Below are positions 1 to 11,887 of a stretch of DNA of 64,000 nucleotides, in pieces (the first letter of the stretch is position 1; the number at the start of each line of letters is the position of its first letter). The notes beneath the pieces are model-generated. The model saw nothing but the letters and a program-made list of their open reading frames with translations, searched no databases and was not told where the DNA came from. The position numbers and the translations under genes were made by a program. The DNA is from Octopus vulgaris (Eukaryota), in NCBI GenBank assembly GCA_951406725.2, contig OX597837.1, forward strand, positions 19,778,001-19,842,000, in the 5' to 3' direction.

Positions 1-169
1 GTTAAGGGTTGAGCAGAGAGGGAAGTTTAATTAGTTCGATGAGAATATAAAGATTTATAGTAATGAGGAGAGAACGTTCAGTAATATTTATGGCGGCACA
101 TGGTATTTACGTGAGAGAAGAGATTAAGGGGAGAGAAAACACTTTGTGATGTCATATAGAGGGACTCAC

Positions 170-313
170 GGCAGTATATGCAACTGTGTTGTTAGTTTCT
201 CGTATTCGGAATTCTATTACCAATTTTGGACCAGGAAACGTTTTATAGAATATCTTTAGCATTGAGGCAGTGGGTGTGTGTGGCCAGGATGGTTGACTGT
301 TTCCTAGTAATAT
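170..313 (-). CDS. Candidate internal coding exon (48 aa, phase 0/0), product unrecognised
   Basis: Minus strand: long polypyrimidine tract ending ttctcag|, then 144 bp with one open frame (ILLGNSQPSWPHTPTASMLKIFYKTFPGPKLVIEFRIRETNNTVAYTA), then |gtgagt donor. The other two frames contain stops. Lies in non-repetitive sequence. No partner exon or homology recognised. Confidence 0.45.
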
Positions 314-716
314 CTGAGAAAGCGCTCGAATGTGCAAAAAACAAAAATAAAAGAAAACAAAAAAGAAATGGCGTTTCAAGTCGACCGTTGCACCAATGTA
401 AATTCTGGTGAAGTGAATTCATCTGCTGGTAATTGTACATTAACAACCAACCTTATCGCATAAGCAGTTGCCGATGAAAGAGCAATTAGTAGGTACTCTG
501 AAGTTTGCACGGCTTCATACCGCCTGTTATCGATGCTACATTATTAATCGCGTCAGGGTCAACATAGATGGCCACCCTTGATATTGAAGATTACTGTTAC
601 AATTGTGCAATCATCTGAATGGACTACTCACTGAATTAGCGACTAACTAGTATCACAGTGCTTCACAATAACTCTGGCGAACTTCCAGTTTCCGTCTCTT
701 CACACAGCTTGGCTAC

Positions 717-794
<78 letters not shown>

Positions 795-970
795 TCTGTC
801 TCTCTTTCTCAATCTGTATTAACATACATATTCTGTCTATATCTTAGGCACGCGTGTAAATGGTTATTTATGCGGGGGTTCATCATACACCTATGTGCAT
901 GAACATGCATACACAAAACTATGTAAACCTACATATTTCTGGGAGTGACTTTTACCCCTCAAACTATGTA

Positions 971-1196
971 CAGTAATCCCTCGCCATATCGCGGTTCACC
1001 TATCGCAATTTATTATTTAAGCTTACGTCGATTCCTCCGTGGTGTTCTTTTGCATTTACAATAAAACAAATATATACAAATTATAAAAATAATAAAAAAA
1101 AAAGTTATACAGTACAGTCCTCTTTCTACTTCGCGGATTTTCATCTATCGCGGGTTGGTTTGGAAATTAACACCCGCAATAGTCGAGGGATTATTG
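971..1196. mobile_element. Tigger/pogo-like MITE
   Basis: TIRs cagtaatccctcg (971) / cgagggattattg (ends 1196), TA on both sides, 226 bp, non-coding. Confidence 0.8.
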
Positions 1197-1585
1197 TATT
1201 CCATTTCTAAATATTTTTTCGATGTGACATTTTTCATATACATAAATGCTTTCCCAAATAAAATTATTTCACTTTTAAGCTACAAGGTGATACACAAGCA
1301 CTCAACTCTGAGTACATTTCTTATAACAGAAACAGCTGTGAGCAAATGTAGTTCATTACATAATCTCTTGTTCCCTAGTTTTATATATATAAAAACATTT
1401 TTGCATCTTCTATTCAAATCCCACTGAAAATAACTTTGTCATTCATCCCTTCCGAGTAGATAGGATGAATTACCAGTCAAGTAATGGAGATGATGTAATC
1501 GTCTTGCCTCAACTCCTCAAAATGTTGTGATTTCAAACATTTATATGGGAAACCTTGTTACCAGCCTTATAGGCCTTGGGCACGA

Positions 1586-1645
<60 letters not shown>

Positions 1646-1649
<4 letters not shown>

Positions 1650-2066
1650 TCCCTTATGTTATGGAGCAGTTACTGTCTATATCTCATTTAGAGAATTATT
1701 ATTGCTGTCGAACAGATTTTCGAAATCAGCAAATGTATTTTGCTTGAAAATCTATATATAAATATCCTGCAGAGTGGGTTGTTCGTCGAGGAAGCGGGGG
1801 CCTACCACACGTTGATGATAGGCAATACACCTTGAAACCTAGGTCCGTGTGTGGTTTCCGCTTCATCGGGGAATTATCTCCCTTTGCAGGATAAAGGACA
1901 CCGTGATGGTGTCAAGCCTATCTGGCGACGTTGATGTTCGCCTGGAGCTAAATGCAACAGTAACACCCCCACCACCCTGCCCTGTCCCTAGCCATATTCA
2001 GATGGCTTTAGTCCCTTATGTTATGGAACAGTTACTGTCTATATCTCATTTAGAGAATTATTATTG

Positions 2067-2068
<2 letters not shown>
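1646..2068 (+). mobile_element. Hammerhead-containing non-autonomous retroelement (retrozyme-like or PLE pseudo-LTR unit)
   Basis: 61-bp direct repeat at 1646-1706 and 2008-2068 (1 mismatch, period 362 bp), flanked by (TA)n on both sides, internal hammerhead motif at 1806-1851, no credible coding signal. Confidence 0.6.
1806..1851 (+). ncRNA. Minimal type I hammerhead ribozyme motif
   Basis: cacacg-TTGATGA-t(agg caataca cct)t-GAAA-cctag-GTC-cgtgtg: 6-bp stem I, near-consensus CUGAUGA core (C3>U), palindromic stem III ACCTAGGT, GUC cleavage triplet. Confidence 0.65.
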
Positions 2069-2106
<38 letters not shown>

Positions 2107-2109
<3 letters not shown>

Positions 2110-2500
2110 CAAGGAAAAATTATAAAAAGGCAGAATGCTAAATTGAAGGTAAATTTTAATGAAAATGGGTGTATAGTAAATTTTTTAAAATTTCTTTAAA
2201 AAATATATTAACTCTTACCGGTTTTCGTCGCAATGCGACTTTTCAAGGATTGTAAGGTGAAAAGAAAATTTTGTTATAATTGAGGAGGGGGAAAAAGAAA
2301 ATTACATTGTTCTTTGCAAAAAAATAATAAACATATACAAAAATTAAAAAATAGGTACACCGATACATTGTAAAGTCTTTGAGTATTTTGAGTTCAAAAA
2401 TAGTTCTTGGAAAAATTACCTTGGAGGATTAAGATCCATGTGATTAAATCCTTGTGGTGTTTAATTTAGGAGGTTTGTTAAATGAATTTCAAAACAGGAA
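2107..2500 (-). mobile_element. Penelope-like element terminal fragment in (TA)n
   Basis: TA-flanked segment. Minus strand has a hammerhead-like TTGAAAA-gtcgc/gcgac-GAAAACCGGTA motif (2211-2250), as seen in PLE pseudo-LTRs. Confidence 0.45.
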
Positions 2501-2860
2501 ATGGGATATATATATAAATATATATAGACACGGTGAAAAGCCTTATAGAATGATATGCAAAGCTTATCCACATTTATTGGCTACCTAATGTCATCATACA
2601 CTGGAAATGCTCCGGCTACATGGATACATGTATGTTAGATTTTATTTATCATAACATTTCTTCTCTGGCCCTATGTTTGTTGAAATGTATGTAGGAAGTA
2701 TGTATGGAGGCATGTGTGGATGAATTACATGTGTATATTTTTGTATATGCACACATCTGTATATAGATACATATAAAAATGGACACATTACATATATGTA
2801 TATATATATATTGATATAAACAGTAAAAATAGCAGCATGTCTGTGTGTATGCTTAGGTGG

Positions 2861-2891
<31 letters not shown>

Positions 2892-2999
2892 TGTATGTAT
2901 GTATGTATGTATGTGCGTATAAGGACCTTATACGCACATACATACATACATACATACATATATACATGCATACATACATACATATCCACCAAAGCAAAT

Positions 3000-3170
3000 T
3001 GCGATAGCTAAGGTTTCAGAGAAACACAATTGTTTAACATCCTGCCAAGGAACCTAAGAGATTTTGCAAGATGTAGATGTGGAAACGTTCAAAAAGCACC
3101 TGGATAAGTCTCTGTTTGAAATTCCAGATGAGCCCACGTCTCAATAACGAAGATTTCTCCAAAATTGACT
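3000..3170 (+). mobile_element. CR1-like LINE 3' ORF2 fragment
   Basis: Frameshifted translation FNILPRNLRD..DVETFKKHLDKSLFEIPDEP resembles CR1-group ORF2 C-termini. Confidence 0.5.
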
Positions 3171-4130
3171 TGTCATTATTTGAAAATGACTGCCCGATTG
3201 TATGCGAGATGCATACGACGCGTATTTCTGACTTTTTAAACGTCATCAACACAGTAATTATCCTACCTTTCCTTCAGCAGATGAGACAGGCATATACAAA
3301 AAAAAAAAAGTTTGAATACATTTATGGCGTATGTAATTTCCATACATGCAGTAAGAAAAATATCTCAGCGTGGACGCTGGCATATAACAACGAAGACGAA
3401 TAAAGATATATCAAATAACATACAAGACAAATTCAAAATTTATTGAAATTAACTTCACTCTCAGATATGGTAAAGAAACCGCTTCTTGCAACATTTAGAA
3501 TAAACCATTTGGAATAAACGAACTTGAGATTAGTCAAAATATATTTGTAACATACTTATTTCTTTGTTACCCACAAGGGGCTAAACATAGAGGGGACAAA
3601 CATGAACAGACATATTTATAACATACTTCTAAATGCAAATCCACAGCAGTTACCGTGAAGAAAAAAAGAATCTCACTCATCGTAAAAGGTGTAAATATAC
3701 AATATCTGCCCAGTGCTGCCTCCTCTCTGATTCCCATACTGTCTTTTCTGGCTCTTTAGCCCTGCTCAATGGGAAATACTGAAGAGAGATAACCCTGAGC
3801 AGATTCAAAGCTGTAGCTTCAACTGAAAAAACAGTCACCACCAGTGACTGAGTTGCGCTATTCGACCGCCTGGTCAGGATAAATATAGTAGCATCAGTGC
3901 CAGGCAGTGATGAGGAGTAAACTAACTTTAGGTTAGTTAGAATTTTTTTTTTTGTTTTTGTTTTTTTCAGTTAAAGCTACGGGTGTCGGATAGGGGGGGG
4001 GGAGCATTGGGCAGATATGGTGCTTTGAAACCTTTTGCCAAAGGAGAGAAATTTTTTCTCCGTGGTAACGGCAGTGAATTTGACATTAGAAGTTGAAATA
4101 TGTCACAGACATATTTTAACCAACCTCAAG

Positions 4131-4184
<54 letters not shown>

Positions 4185-4349
4185 CACAGACACATATATA
4201 TATATATATATATACACATACATAAACATAAACATGCATACATAACAGACACACACATATATATGTGTGTATATATATATGTATATATATATATGTGTCT
4301 GGGTATATATATATATGTATGTATGTATATATGCATGTATATATAATGT

Positions 4350-4395
<46 letters not shown>

Positions 4396-4751
4396 GTATC
4401 TGTATGTATGTATGTATGTATGTATGTATGTATGTATGTATGTATGTGTGTGTGTGCGTGTCAGTGACAATGATGTAAAAAAGAAGGAAAGGAGCAATAA
4501 AGAAAGAGACATACCAGGCGACAGACAGACACACAGACAGGCAGACAGCTTGGGTGGGTGAAGAAAAGAATTTAATAATGGAAGAATGAAATAGATAAAA
4601 GTGAGGACAAAAATTATAAAAGCGACGGAGAAACAGATGGAAAGAGGGAGAAGAGAGATGAGGGATAGTGGGAGGAGCGAGGAAGAATTCGGCAGTGTTA
4701 AAGTACATGAATTCGCAATGCTGTTTCCTACTACTACTTCTACTATTACTA

Positions 4752-4786
<35 letters not shown>

Positions 4787-5158
4787 TGGAAGAGAGTGAG
4801 TGAGAGAAAGGGGAGAAAGGGAGAGAGAGAGAGGAAGAGAGAGAAAGAGAGAGAGAGAGACAAAACGGCTGGATATAGTAGCGCTGATCGTAATATTGTA
4901 CCGAGTGACCTCGCTCCAGAGACTTGAGATTCCTGTACATTATCTTTATGTCTTCTTTCGTCTTCTGCTCTCTTCTCGTCTTCTTCCTTGTTCTGGTTAT
5001 TGAGCTTCAAGTTGGTTTTTGTTGTGGTTGTTATCGTTGTTCCCTTCTCCTCTTTCTTCTTCTTCTTCTTCTTCTTCTTCTTCTTCTTCTTCTTCTTCTT
5101 CTTCTTCTTCTTCTTCTTCTTCATCTTCTTCTTCTTCTTCTTCTTCATCTTCTTAATG

Positions 5159-5193
<35 letters not shown>

Positions 5194-5712
5194 ATAATAA
5201 TAATAATAATAATAATAATAATCGTCGTCGTCGTCATAATCCCTTCTTCTTCTTCTTCCCTAATTCTTTCGTCTTTTTTTCTCACACCCACACCCACACC
5301 CACACCCACACACTCACAGAAAAAGGAGGGCACAACCAATTTCTTCGAAATAGCTGCGGCTCCTTGCATTACTTTCCGGTGTCAATCGGTGCAGCTAATC
5401 GGCCTTGGATATAGGCAGTAATTTTACACTTAAGGTTTCCGAAGGTGTCACAGGCATTATTTTACTGATGCGACTTCTAGAAACCCATTATCGTGTCCTG
5501 AGAAGAATATACATAAGTGTATATATAAGATATACTCATAAACATATACTTCCTCAATAAATATCATAAAATGATTTTACCTTCCCTCGTTTAGCCATCA
5601 TTACAGTTCATTATATTGTTGCTCAGTTCCGTGTTCATTTGACTCTACGAGACATCGTGTAACGTATTTTTCCTTATATTAACGAGATATTTACGTCTAT
5701 TATTATTACAAA

Positions 5713-5922
5713 AGGTAGCAAGCTGCTAGAATCGTTAGCGCGGCGAACAAAATGCTGAGCAGTATGTTTTCCGTCTTTACGTTCTCAGTGTTCAAATTCC
5801 ACCGAGGTCGACTTTGCCTATTATCCTTTCGAGGTCGATGAAATAAGTAACAGTTACGCACTGGGGTCGATGTAATCGACTAGACCCCTTCCACAAATTT
5901 CAGGCCTTGTGCCTTTAGTAGA

Positions 5923-6016
<94 letters not shown>

Positions 6017-6460
6017 AAAGCAGTTAGCTGCCAGAATCGTGAACGAGTCGGATAAACTGATTAGCGGCATTTCGTCTGTCTTTACGTTCTGAGTTCAAAT
6101 TTCACCGAGGTCGACTTTGCCTTTCGTCCTTCGGAGTCGATAAAATAAGTATCGGTTGAACACAGGAGTCGATCTAATCGACTAGCTCCTTTCCCCCAAA
6201 ATTTGAGATCTTGTACCGATAGTAGAAAACGCATATTGTTTTTGTAAGAGGCAGGGAGAGAGTAGAATTGTGGGGGAGCCGGACAAAATACTTAGTGGCA
6301 TTTCTTTCGGTTCTTCACATTCTCGGTTCAAATCCCGCTGATGTCGACTTTGCCTTTCAGTCTCTCGGGGGTTTGTAAAATAAGGTACCAGTTGAGCTCC
6401 GGGGTCGGTATAATCGACGTGCCTCTTCCTTAAAATAGCTGACCTTGTGCCAAAGTTTCA
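5713..6460 (+). mobile_element. Three head-to-tail tRNA-derived SINEs (family A)
   Basis: Copies at about 5713-5930, 6018-6230 and 6249-6460. Each has a B-box gttcaaat and the core gtcgactttgcct..tcct..gtcgataaaataagtac (Meta/MESC-domain-like). The first is followed by (TTA)n. Confidence 0.85.
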
Positions 6461-6769
6461 AATCATTATCATTTCAATACTCAATTTTGTAAGATGGTTA
6501 TAATTAATCTTTTCTCTTTTTATGTTAGCTACCGTTATAAGAACTCCTTTATTAGTTTTAAGCAGACAGTAACATTTTCCAATAATTTCTGCTCCTTCTG
6601 TGATTGTTCTATGGCAGTTGATATATTGCATCACTTTTCTATTAAAGTTTCCTCTTTCGCTATCCACTGATGAAAACCTTTTCTGATGAACCTACAAAAA
6701 TAAATAAGTAGGTAAAATAAAATAAAAATAAAATAGAAATAAATCGTGCAATAAAAGAGTAAAAAATTG

Positions 6770-6980
6770 GCTTTAAATTTAGGCACAACGCCAGCAATTT
6801 CAGAAGAGGGAATAAGACGACTGCCTCGACTCCAGCGTCCAGCTGGGACTAATTTCATCGATCCCGGTAAGATGTGAAGAATCAGCCTCGGCGGAACTTG
6901 AACTCAAAACGTGAAGACGGGTGAAATATCACCAAGCATTTTGTCCGGCATGGTAACCACTCTTCCAGTTCGCCGCTTAA
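6770..6980 (-). mobile_element. SINE family A, decayed
   Basis: Reverse complement matches the family A head and core (cctcggcggaacttgaactc...ttcgccgc). Confidence 0.75.
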
Positions 6981-7109
6981 TTAGTGAGTAAAATAATTAC
7001 CTACACATGTGTGTCTAATCTTGCTTCGTACTAAGGCGAATCGCTATTAATGACATAAATATATGTGGGAGATATAGACGTGTGTAGATAAAATAATTAA
7101 TAAATTTAT

Positions 7110-7390
7110 CGTGCAATAAAGATTTATAACAATCCATCCATCTTGTCCGCTCACCCCTTCTGGGATGCTCGCAAGTCTCGAGCCCCCAGTCACCTACTCC
7201 ATAGGGTCCAGTTAGAAACAACGTCATTAGACTTTCCGGTCGAATTCCCCAGCCTGACTAACTCAGATTGTGAATATCCTCCAACCATGTCGTATTTGGT
7301 CTACCTTGGTCTCCGGCCAGATAGGTCGTCTTGAAAAATCCGCTTTGCAGATCTTTCCAGCGTATATCCAAGGTGAAAGAATTTTCAGTT
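7110..7390 (-). mobile_element. RTE-clade LINE 3' fragment
   Basis: Minus-strand GDQGRPNTTWLEDIHNLS resembles the RTE C-terminal GRPRTRW.D.I motif. Confidence 0.6.
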
Positions 7391-7432
7391 GCATATATAT
7401 ATATATATATATATATAATTTTGTAAATACAC

Positions 7433-7504
<72 letters not shown>

Positions 7505-7772
7505 TTATAAATATATATTGTGTGTATACATGTGTGTGTTGTGTGTGTGCGTTTGTGTGAGTATGTGGGAGGAGTCTTGACAAATATATTTTGTAGTGAA
7601 ATCCTTTTGAGAAGCAACAAAAATGATATCAAGGAGACGTTGAATTTTGTAGGTTTTAAGTGTTTTAGAATTTGGTGGATACAAACGGAGACAATTGAAA
7701 ATGATTTGAATGAAGCAAATAGTTTAAAACAAAATAAAGAAATAGGACTGCTACAAGGCTTATAAAAAAGAG

Positions 7773-8171
7773 GCTGCTACTTTAGCGTGCGGTCTTTCAC
7801 GGAATCCTTAGTTTACGCTGTGAACTGACTTGATCTGGATTAGGATAAGGGTTGGAGTTTAGGATTAGGGTTAGTGCTTAGGATTAAGGGTTGTGTTAAG
7901 GGTTAGATTTTAAGGTTAGTATTAAGGTTTGAGGTTACAGTTTGAAGTTAGGGTTTGAGATTAGAGTTTAGGGTTAGTGTTAGAACTAGGGTTCAGGGAT
8001 GGGATTAGGTTTATGATCAGGGTTAGGGTTAGGATTTAATGTTAGAGTTAGGGTTTAGTGTTAGGTTTAGGTTTAGGTTGAAGGTTAGGGTTTAGAGTGA
8101 AGAAATAATTTAGGGTTAGAGTGCAAACGAAAGTGTAAATAGCCTGATTGGCCGCAAGCTAAAGTAGCACC
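7773..8171. mobile_element. TIR-bounded non-autonomous element with internal degenerate TTAGGG array (copy 1)
   Basis: TIRs gctgctactttagcgtgcggtc / ggccgcaagctaaagtagcacc enclose about 270 bp of TTAGGG/TTAGAG/TTTAGG variants. Second copy at 9630. Confidence 0.75.
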
Positions 8172-8465
8172 GAAAAGGGAACATTTACTGAAGCATTAGG
8201 GAGAGCAGGCAGAAGTGTGAAAATAACATGTTTTATCTGAAGAGTAGGATTGATAGGATGATAAATATAGAGGAATACAATCGTTGATGAAATGGATAAA
8301 ATGAAGGAAGACATGTACTATCTGGAATTGGATTTATTAAATAGAACTCGATTATACAAGTCACTTATGAGCCTGCATAGAAATGTATGTCTACATATGC
8401 ATATACACACATACGTACGCCAGCATATACGTCTACATACACAAACATTTGTATACGTGAACACG

Positions 8466-8495
<30 letters not shown>

Positions 8496-8497
<2 letters not shown>

Positions 8498-8778
8498 GCT
8501 CGAAGTAAGGTGAATAAAATCAAAATAAGCAACAGGATACCAATAAGTAATGCAGTACGACCGTTTCAAGCGACTCCATTTGATTGAACAATGCAATCAT
8601 TACATCAATTTAAATGCAGAGCTATCATCAGCTGCACAAATAAATAGAATTTTTAATCAGTTGGACACATTAATATAATTTTTCTCAAATACTTTGCTCT
8701 GTTGTAAGTGATGTCCTACTGCATTACTTCTTCATATCCTGTTGCTTATTTTGATTTTATTCACCTTACTTCGAGCCG
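8496..8778. mobile_element. MITE with about 65-bp TIRs (Tc1/mariner-like CAG terminus)
   Basis: cagctcgaagtaaggtgaataaaatcaaaataagcaacaggata... is matched in inverted orientation at about 8712-8778. Confidence 0.85.
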
Positions 8779-8863
8779 TGCGAATAATATCGGACCGACT
8801 TGGTACTTCAACTTAAGTACCTACTTCAAATGAATCCCAGTTATTTATTATATACACATATAT

Positions 8864-8985
<122 letters not shown>

Positions 8986-9083
8986 AATATTTTTGGAATA
9001 GTGAACTTCGAAGCACACATAAAGCTATAAATAATAGTATGTAAATATTGGACAGAAAAACCATTTTGGATCGAAAACGTTAA

Positions 9084-9158
9084 GGGTTGCCAATAGTACT
9101 CGAACCCTCTCTCTTATCATACCAAACAGAACGAGGGTTCGAGTCCTATTGGCAGCCC
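9084..9158. other. 75-nt hairpin (26-bp stem)
   Basis: gggttgccaatagtactcgaaccctc ... gagggttcgagtcctattggcagccc, 24/26 complementary, 23-nt loop. Confidence 0.7.
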
Positions 9159-9288
9159 AGCACTTTTCTGTTTATAGCTTCGATATCTACAATAAAAAAC
9201 AACAACATATATTTCATCTTCTCTGGAAAGTACATATAATTATTCTAACGGCAACAGATCATACATACATATACACACAACCCACACG

Positions 9289-9339
<51 letters not shown>

Positions 9340-9629
9340 CATATGCATGTGCTCATCTACATGCGCGCGTGCACATAGATTCACACATACAGTTATAACA
9401 CAAATATAGTCTTTTATGTTAACTTAGGAGCAATGCCGTTTATAAGCTTATTAATGTTTCAGTACTTTATCGACATCGTCTTCACAATGTAATGGTGGTA
9501 GCGGTACCACAAAAATCACATACATGCACCACACGCATGCGCACATAAACATGTGGCCACACGCATGCGGCCACATGCAAGCTTAATTGGATACTACATG
9601 AATTTAACTTATAATTATAAAAACGAAAT

Positions 9630-9904
9630 GGCGCTACTTTAGCGAGCGGTCTAACGAAAAATCCGTAGTCTACGTTGTGAAATGACCTTATCTGGATTAG
9701 GATTAATATTAGCGTTTAGCGTTAGGGCTTAGTATTAGGGTTAAGATTTAGTGTTAGGGTTAGGGTCTAGGTTTAAGTTTAGGGTTCAACGTTAGAGTTA
9801 GAGTTAGAGTTAAGGTTTAGGGTTAAGGGTTAAGGGTTAGGATCAGGTTTACAGTTAGAGTTAGACTGCTAAAATGGCCAGGTAGACAGCACTAAAGTGG
9901 CACC
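9630..9904. mobile_element. TIR-bounded element with TTAGGG-like array (copy 2)
   Basis: Termini ggcgctactttagcgagcggtc / cactaaagtggcacc. Shares the about 65-bp unique subterminal segment with copy 1 but has a shorter array. Confidence 0.75.
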
Positions 9905-9919
9905 AACAATCACGTTATA

Positions 9920-10310
9920 TAGAAAACCCATAAAACAGAACACAGCATGCATTACATCTAACCAGAAGATAGTACCAGATTATATCGTAAATACATTAGG
10001 ATTATAACAAATCACAGTGTCAATCCAGAGAATGTACTTAATACAACCAAAGAAGTATAGACATTTTGATGATGTGAACATGGAAGTTGAAAACTTTAAG
10101 GCTAAAACAATTACATCGGACACACATGAATGACACTTATTCATCAGCTGTCCATGGCAACACTGTAACGCATTAGAAAGTATTTAACAAACCTAGATAG
10201 ACAGACCTAGGTTTAGAACACTGCTATGGTATATGGAATCCCCAAATCCTAAGACGTTAGATTAACTATGGAAACTTTATTAATGGCAACATACAAGCCA
10301 TTAATCATCA
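9920..10310 (+). mobile_element. Highly decayed LINE C-terminal fragment
   Basis: cacttattcatcagctgtcca = HLFISCP, like the L1/Tx1 C-terminal zinc knuckle. The rest is stop-ridden. Confidence 0.3.
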
Positions 10311-10324
10311 ATTTATCGCTGATA

Positions 10325-10479
10325 AGTATGATTGTATGGTTGAGATGCCCGCTCTGTAAGAAAGTGGTTTCGAATTCATATACACTGCGTGACATTAGGG
10401 CAAGGGTTTTCTACTATAGTCCCGAACTAACCAATGCCTTGTGAGGGAATTTGACAGACAGATGTGTGGAAGCTCATCT

Positions 10480-10512
<33 letters not shown>

Positions 10513-11240
10513 TCAATATAGGGTGGCAAAAAAAATTTTGTAGAATTCTTTTGCCACCAGCGGCCTAGTGGGAAAAAATTAAATAGTCATAAACCATTTT
10601 TAAGTTCAACATCACAATCAAGTGAACGGCCATAATAGGCCATTCACCCACTAGAAATAACAGCCAAAAGCTTTAACCGCAAAATAACGTCAATTCCGTA
10701 AACCAGGAGAAAATTGAAAAAAATTGAAAAACATTTACCCTGTAAATTTACAGGGTAAATGTTTTTCAATTTTCTCCTGGTTTACGGAATTGACGTTATT
10801 TTGCGGTTAAAGCTTTTGGCTGTTATTTCTAGTGGGTGAATGGCCTATATATGGCCGTTCCTTGATTGTGATGTTGATATATATATATATATATACATAT
10901 GCGTGTGTGTGTGTGTGTGTTTGTGCTAGCGCGGGCGTGAATATTTTTGTGATCCAAGCATTTACACGGAATAGAAATTTGAAAGACGCGATTTATTACA
11001 TAGTAAAACGTGCGTGCGTCTTTCAGTCTGTGTTTGTCGCCCCCGCTCCACTTCACAATAGGCATTTGTTTACGTCTCCGTAACGTAGCGGTTCGGTAAA
11101 AGAAAAGCGATAGATATTAGCTGACTTAAAAAGAAAGACCAAGTACTTGGATTGATTTCTTCGACTAAAACCCCTCTCAAGGCGGTGCCCCAGCATGACA
11201 GCAACCCAACGATAGTAACAAGTAAAGAAGATAAAAAAGG
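10325..11240 (+). mobile_element. SINE family B (internal microsatellite), split by an insertion
   Basis: 5' half at 10325-10480 and 3' half at 11020-11240 match the intact copy at 61305-61750. They are separated by (TA)n and the palindromic element. Confidence 0.7.
10606..10877. repeat. 272-bp spacerless palindrome inside a TA-flanked element (about 10508-10877)
   Basis: Centre ccctgtaaa|tttacaggg at 10746/10747. Arms are near-perfect apart from a 10-bp duplication and small indels. Confidence 0.95.
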
Positions 11241-11531
11241 ATCACTTATGATATCCTTTGTAGTTCCAATCAAGGGATTATTCTCTTCATGTTTACGCCA
11301 AATCGCGACAACAGCCTAGCACCTTTAGCCCTTCTTTTTAGAAGATGACGACGACCACATCTTAAACCATTAATGGAGTTCGCAATGTTTATTGTTTCAA
11401 TCCAAAAGTAAAGAACTAATAAGGAAAAGTGAAACGTATGGAACATCATTAATAAAAATGCATTGAACACAACTGTCTTCCATAGAGTTTTGAATGAAAA
11501 ACTCACATATAAATATATTGATATATTCTCA

Positions 11532-11601
<70 letters not shown>

Positions 11602-11692
11602 CATATATCTACGTGTACACATACATTCTTGCATAATATATATATATGTATATATATAAATATATGTATATATAAATGTATATGTATGTATA

Positions 11693-11738
<46 letters not shown>

Positions 11739-11746
11739 CATATATT

Positions 11747-11794
<48 letters not shown>

Positions 11795-11846
11795 TATATA
11801 CATTCGTATGTATGTATGTAGGAATGTATATGTATACATATGTATC

Positions 11847-11887
<41 letters not shown>

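Noticed and set aside
80-115. TTTATGG/TTTACG Hox/Cdx-type sites suggesting a Hox locus
   Set aside because: Short motifs only; no homeobox or Hox-cluster miRNA sequence was seen in the window.
4132-5148. Longest ORF (338 aa, poly-K start)
   Set aside because: A concatenation of simple repeats with no domain or splice support.
7850-8120. True telomere or chromosome-fusion scar
   Set aside because: The array is degenerate, single-orientation and bounded by TIRs shared with a second copy.
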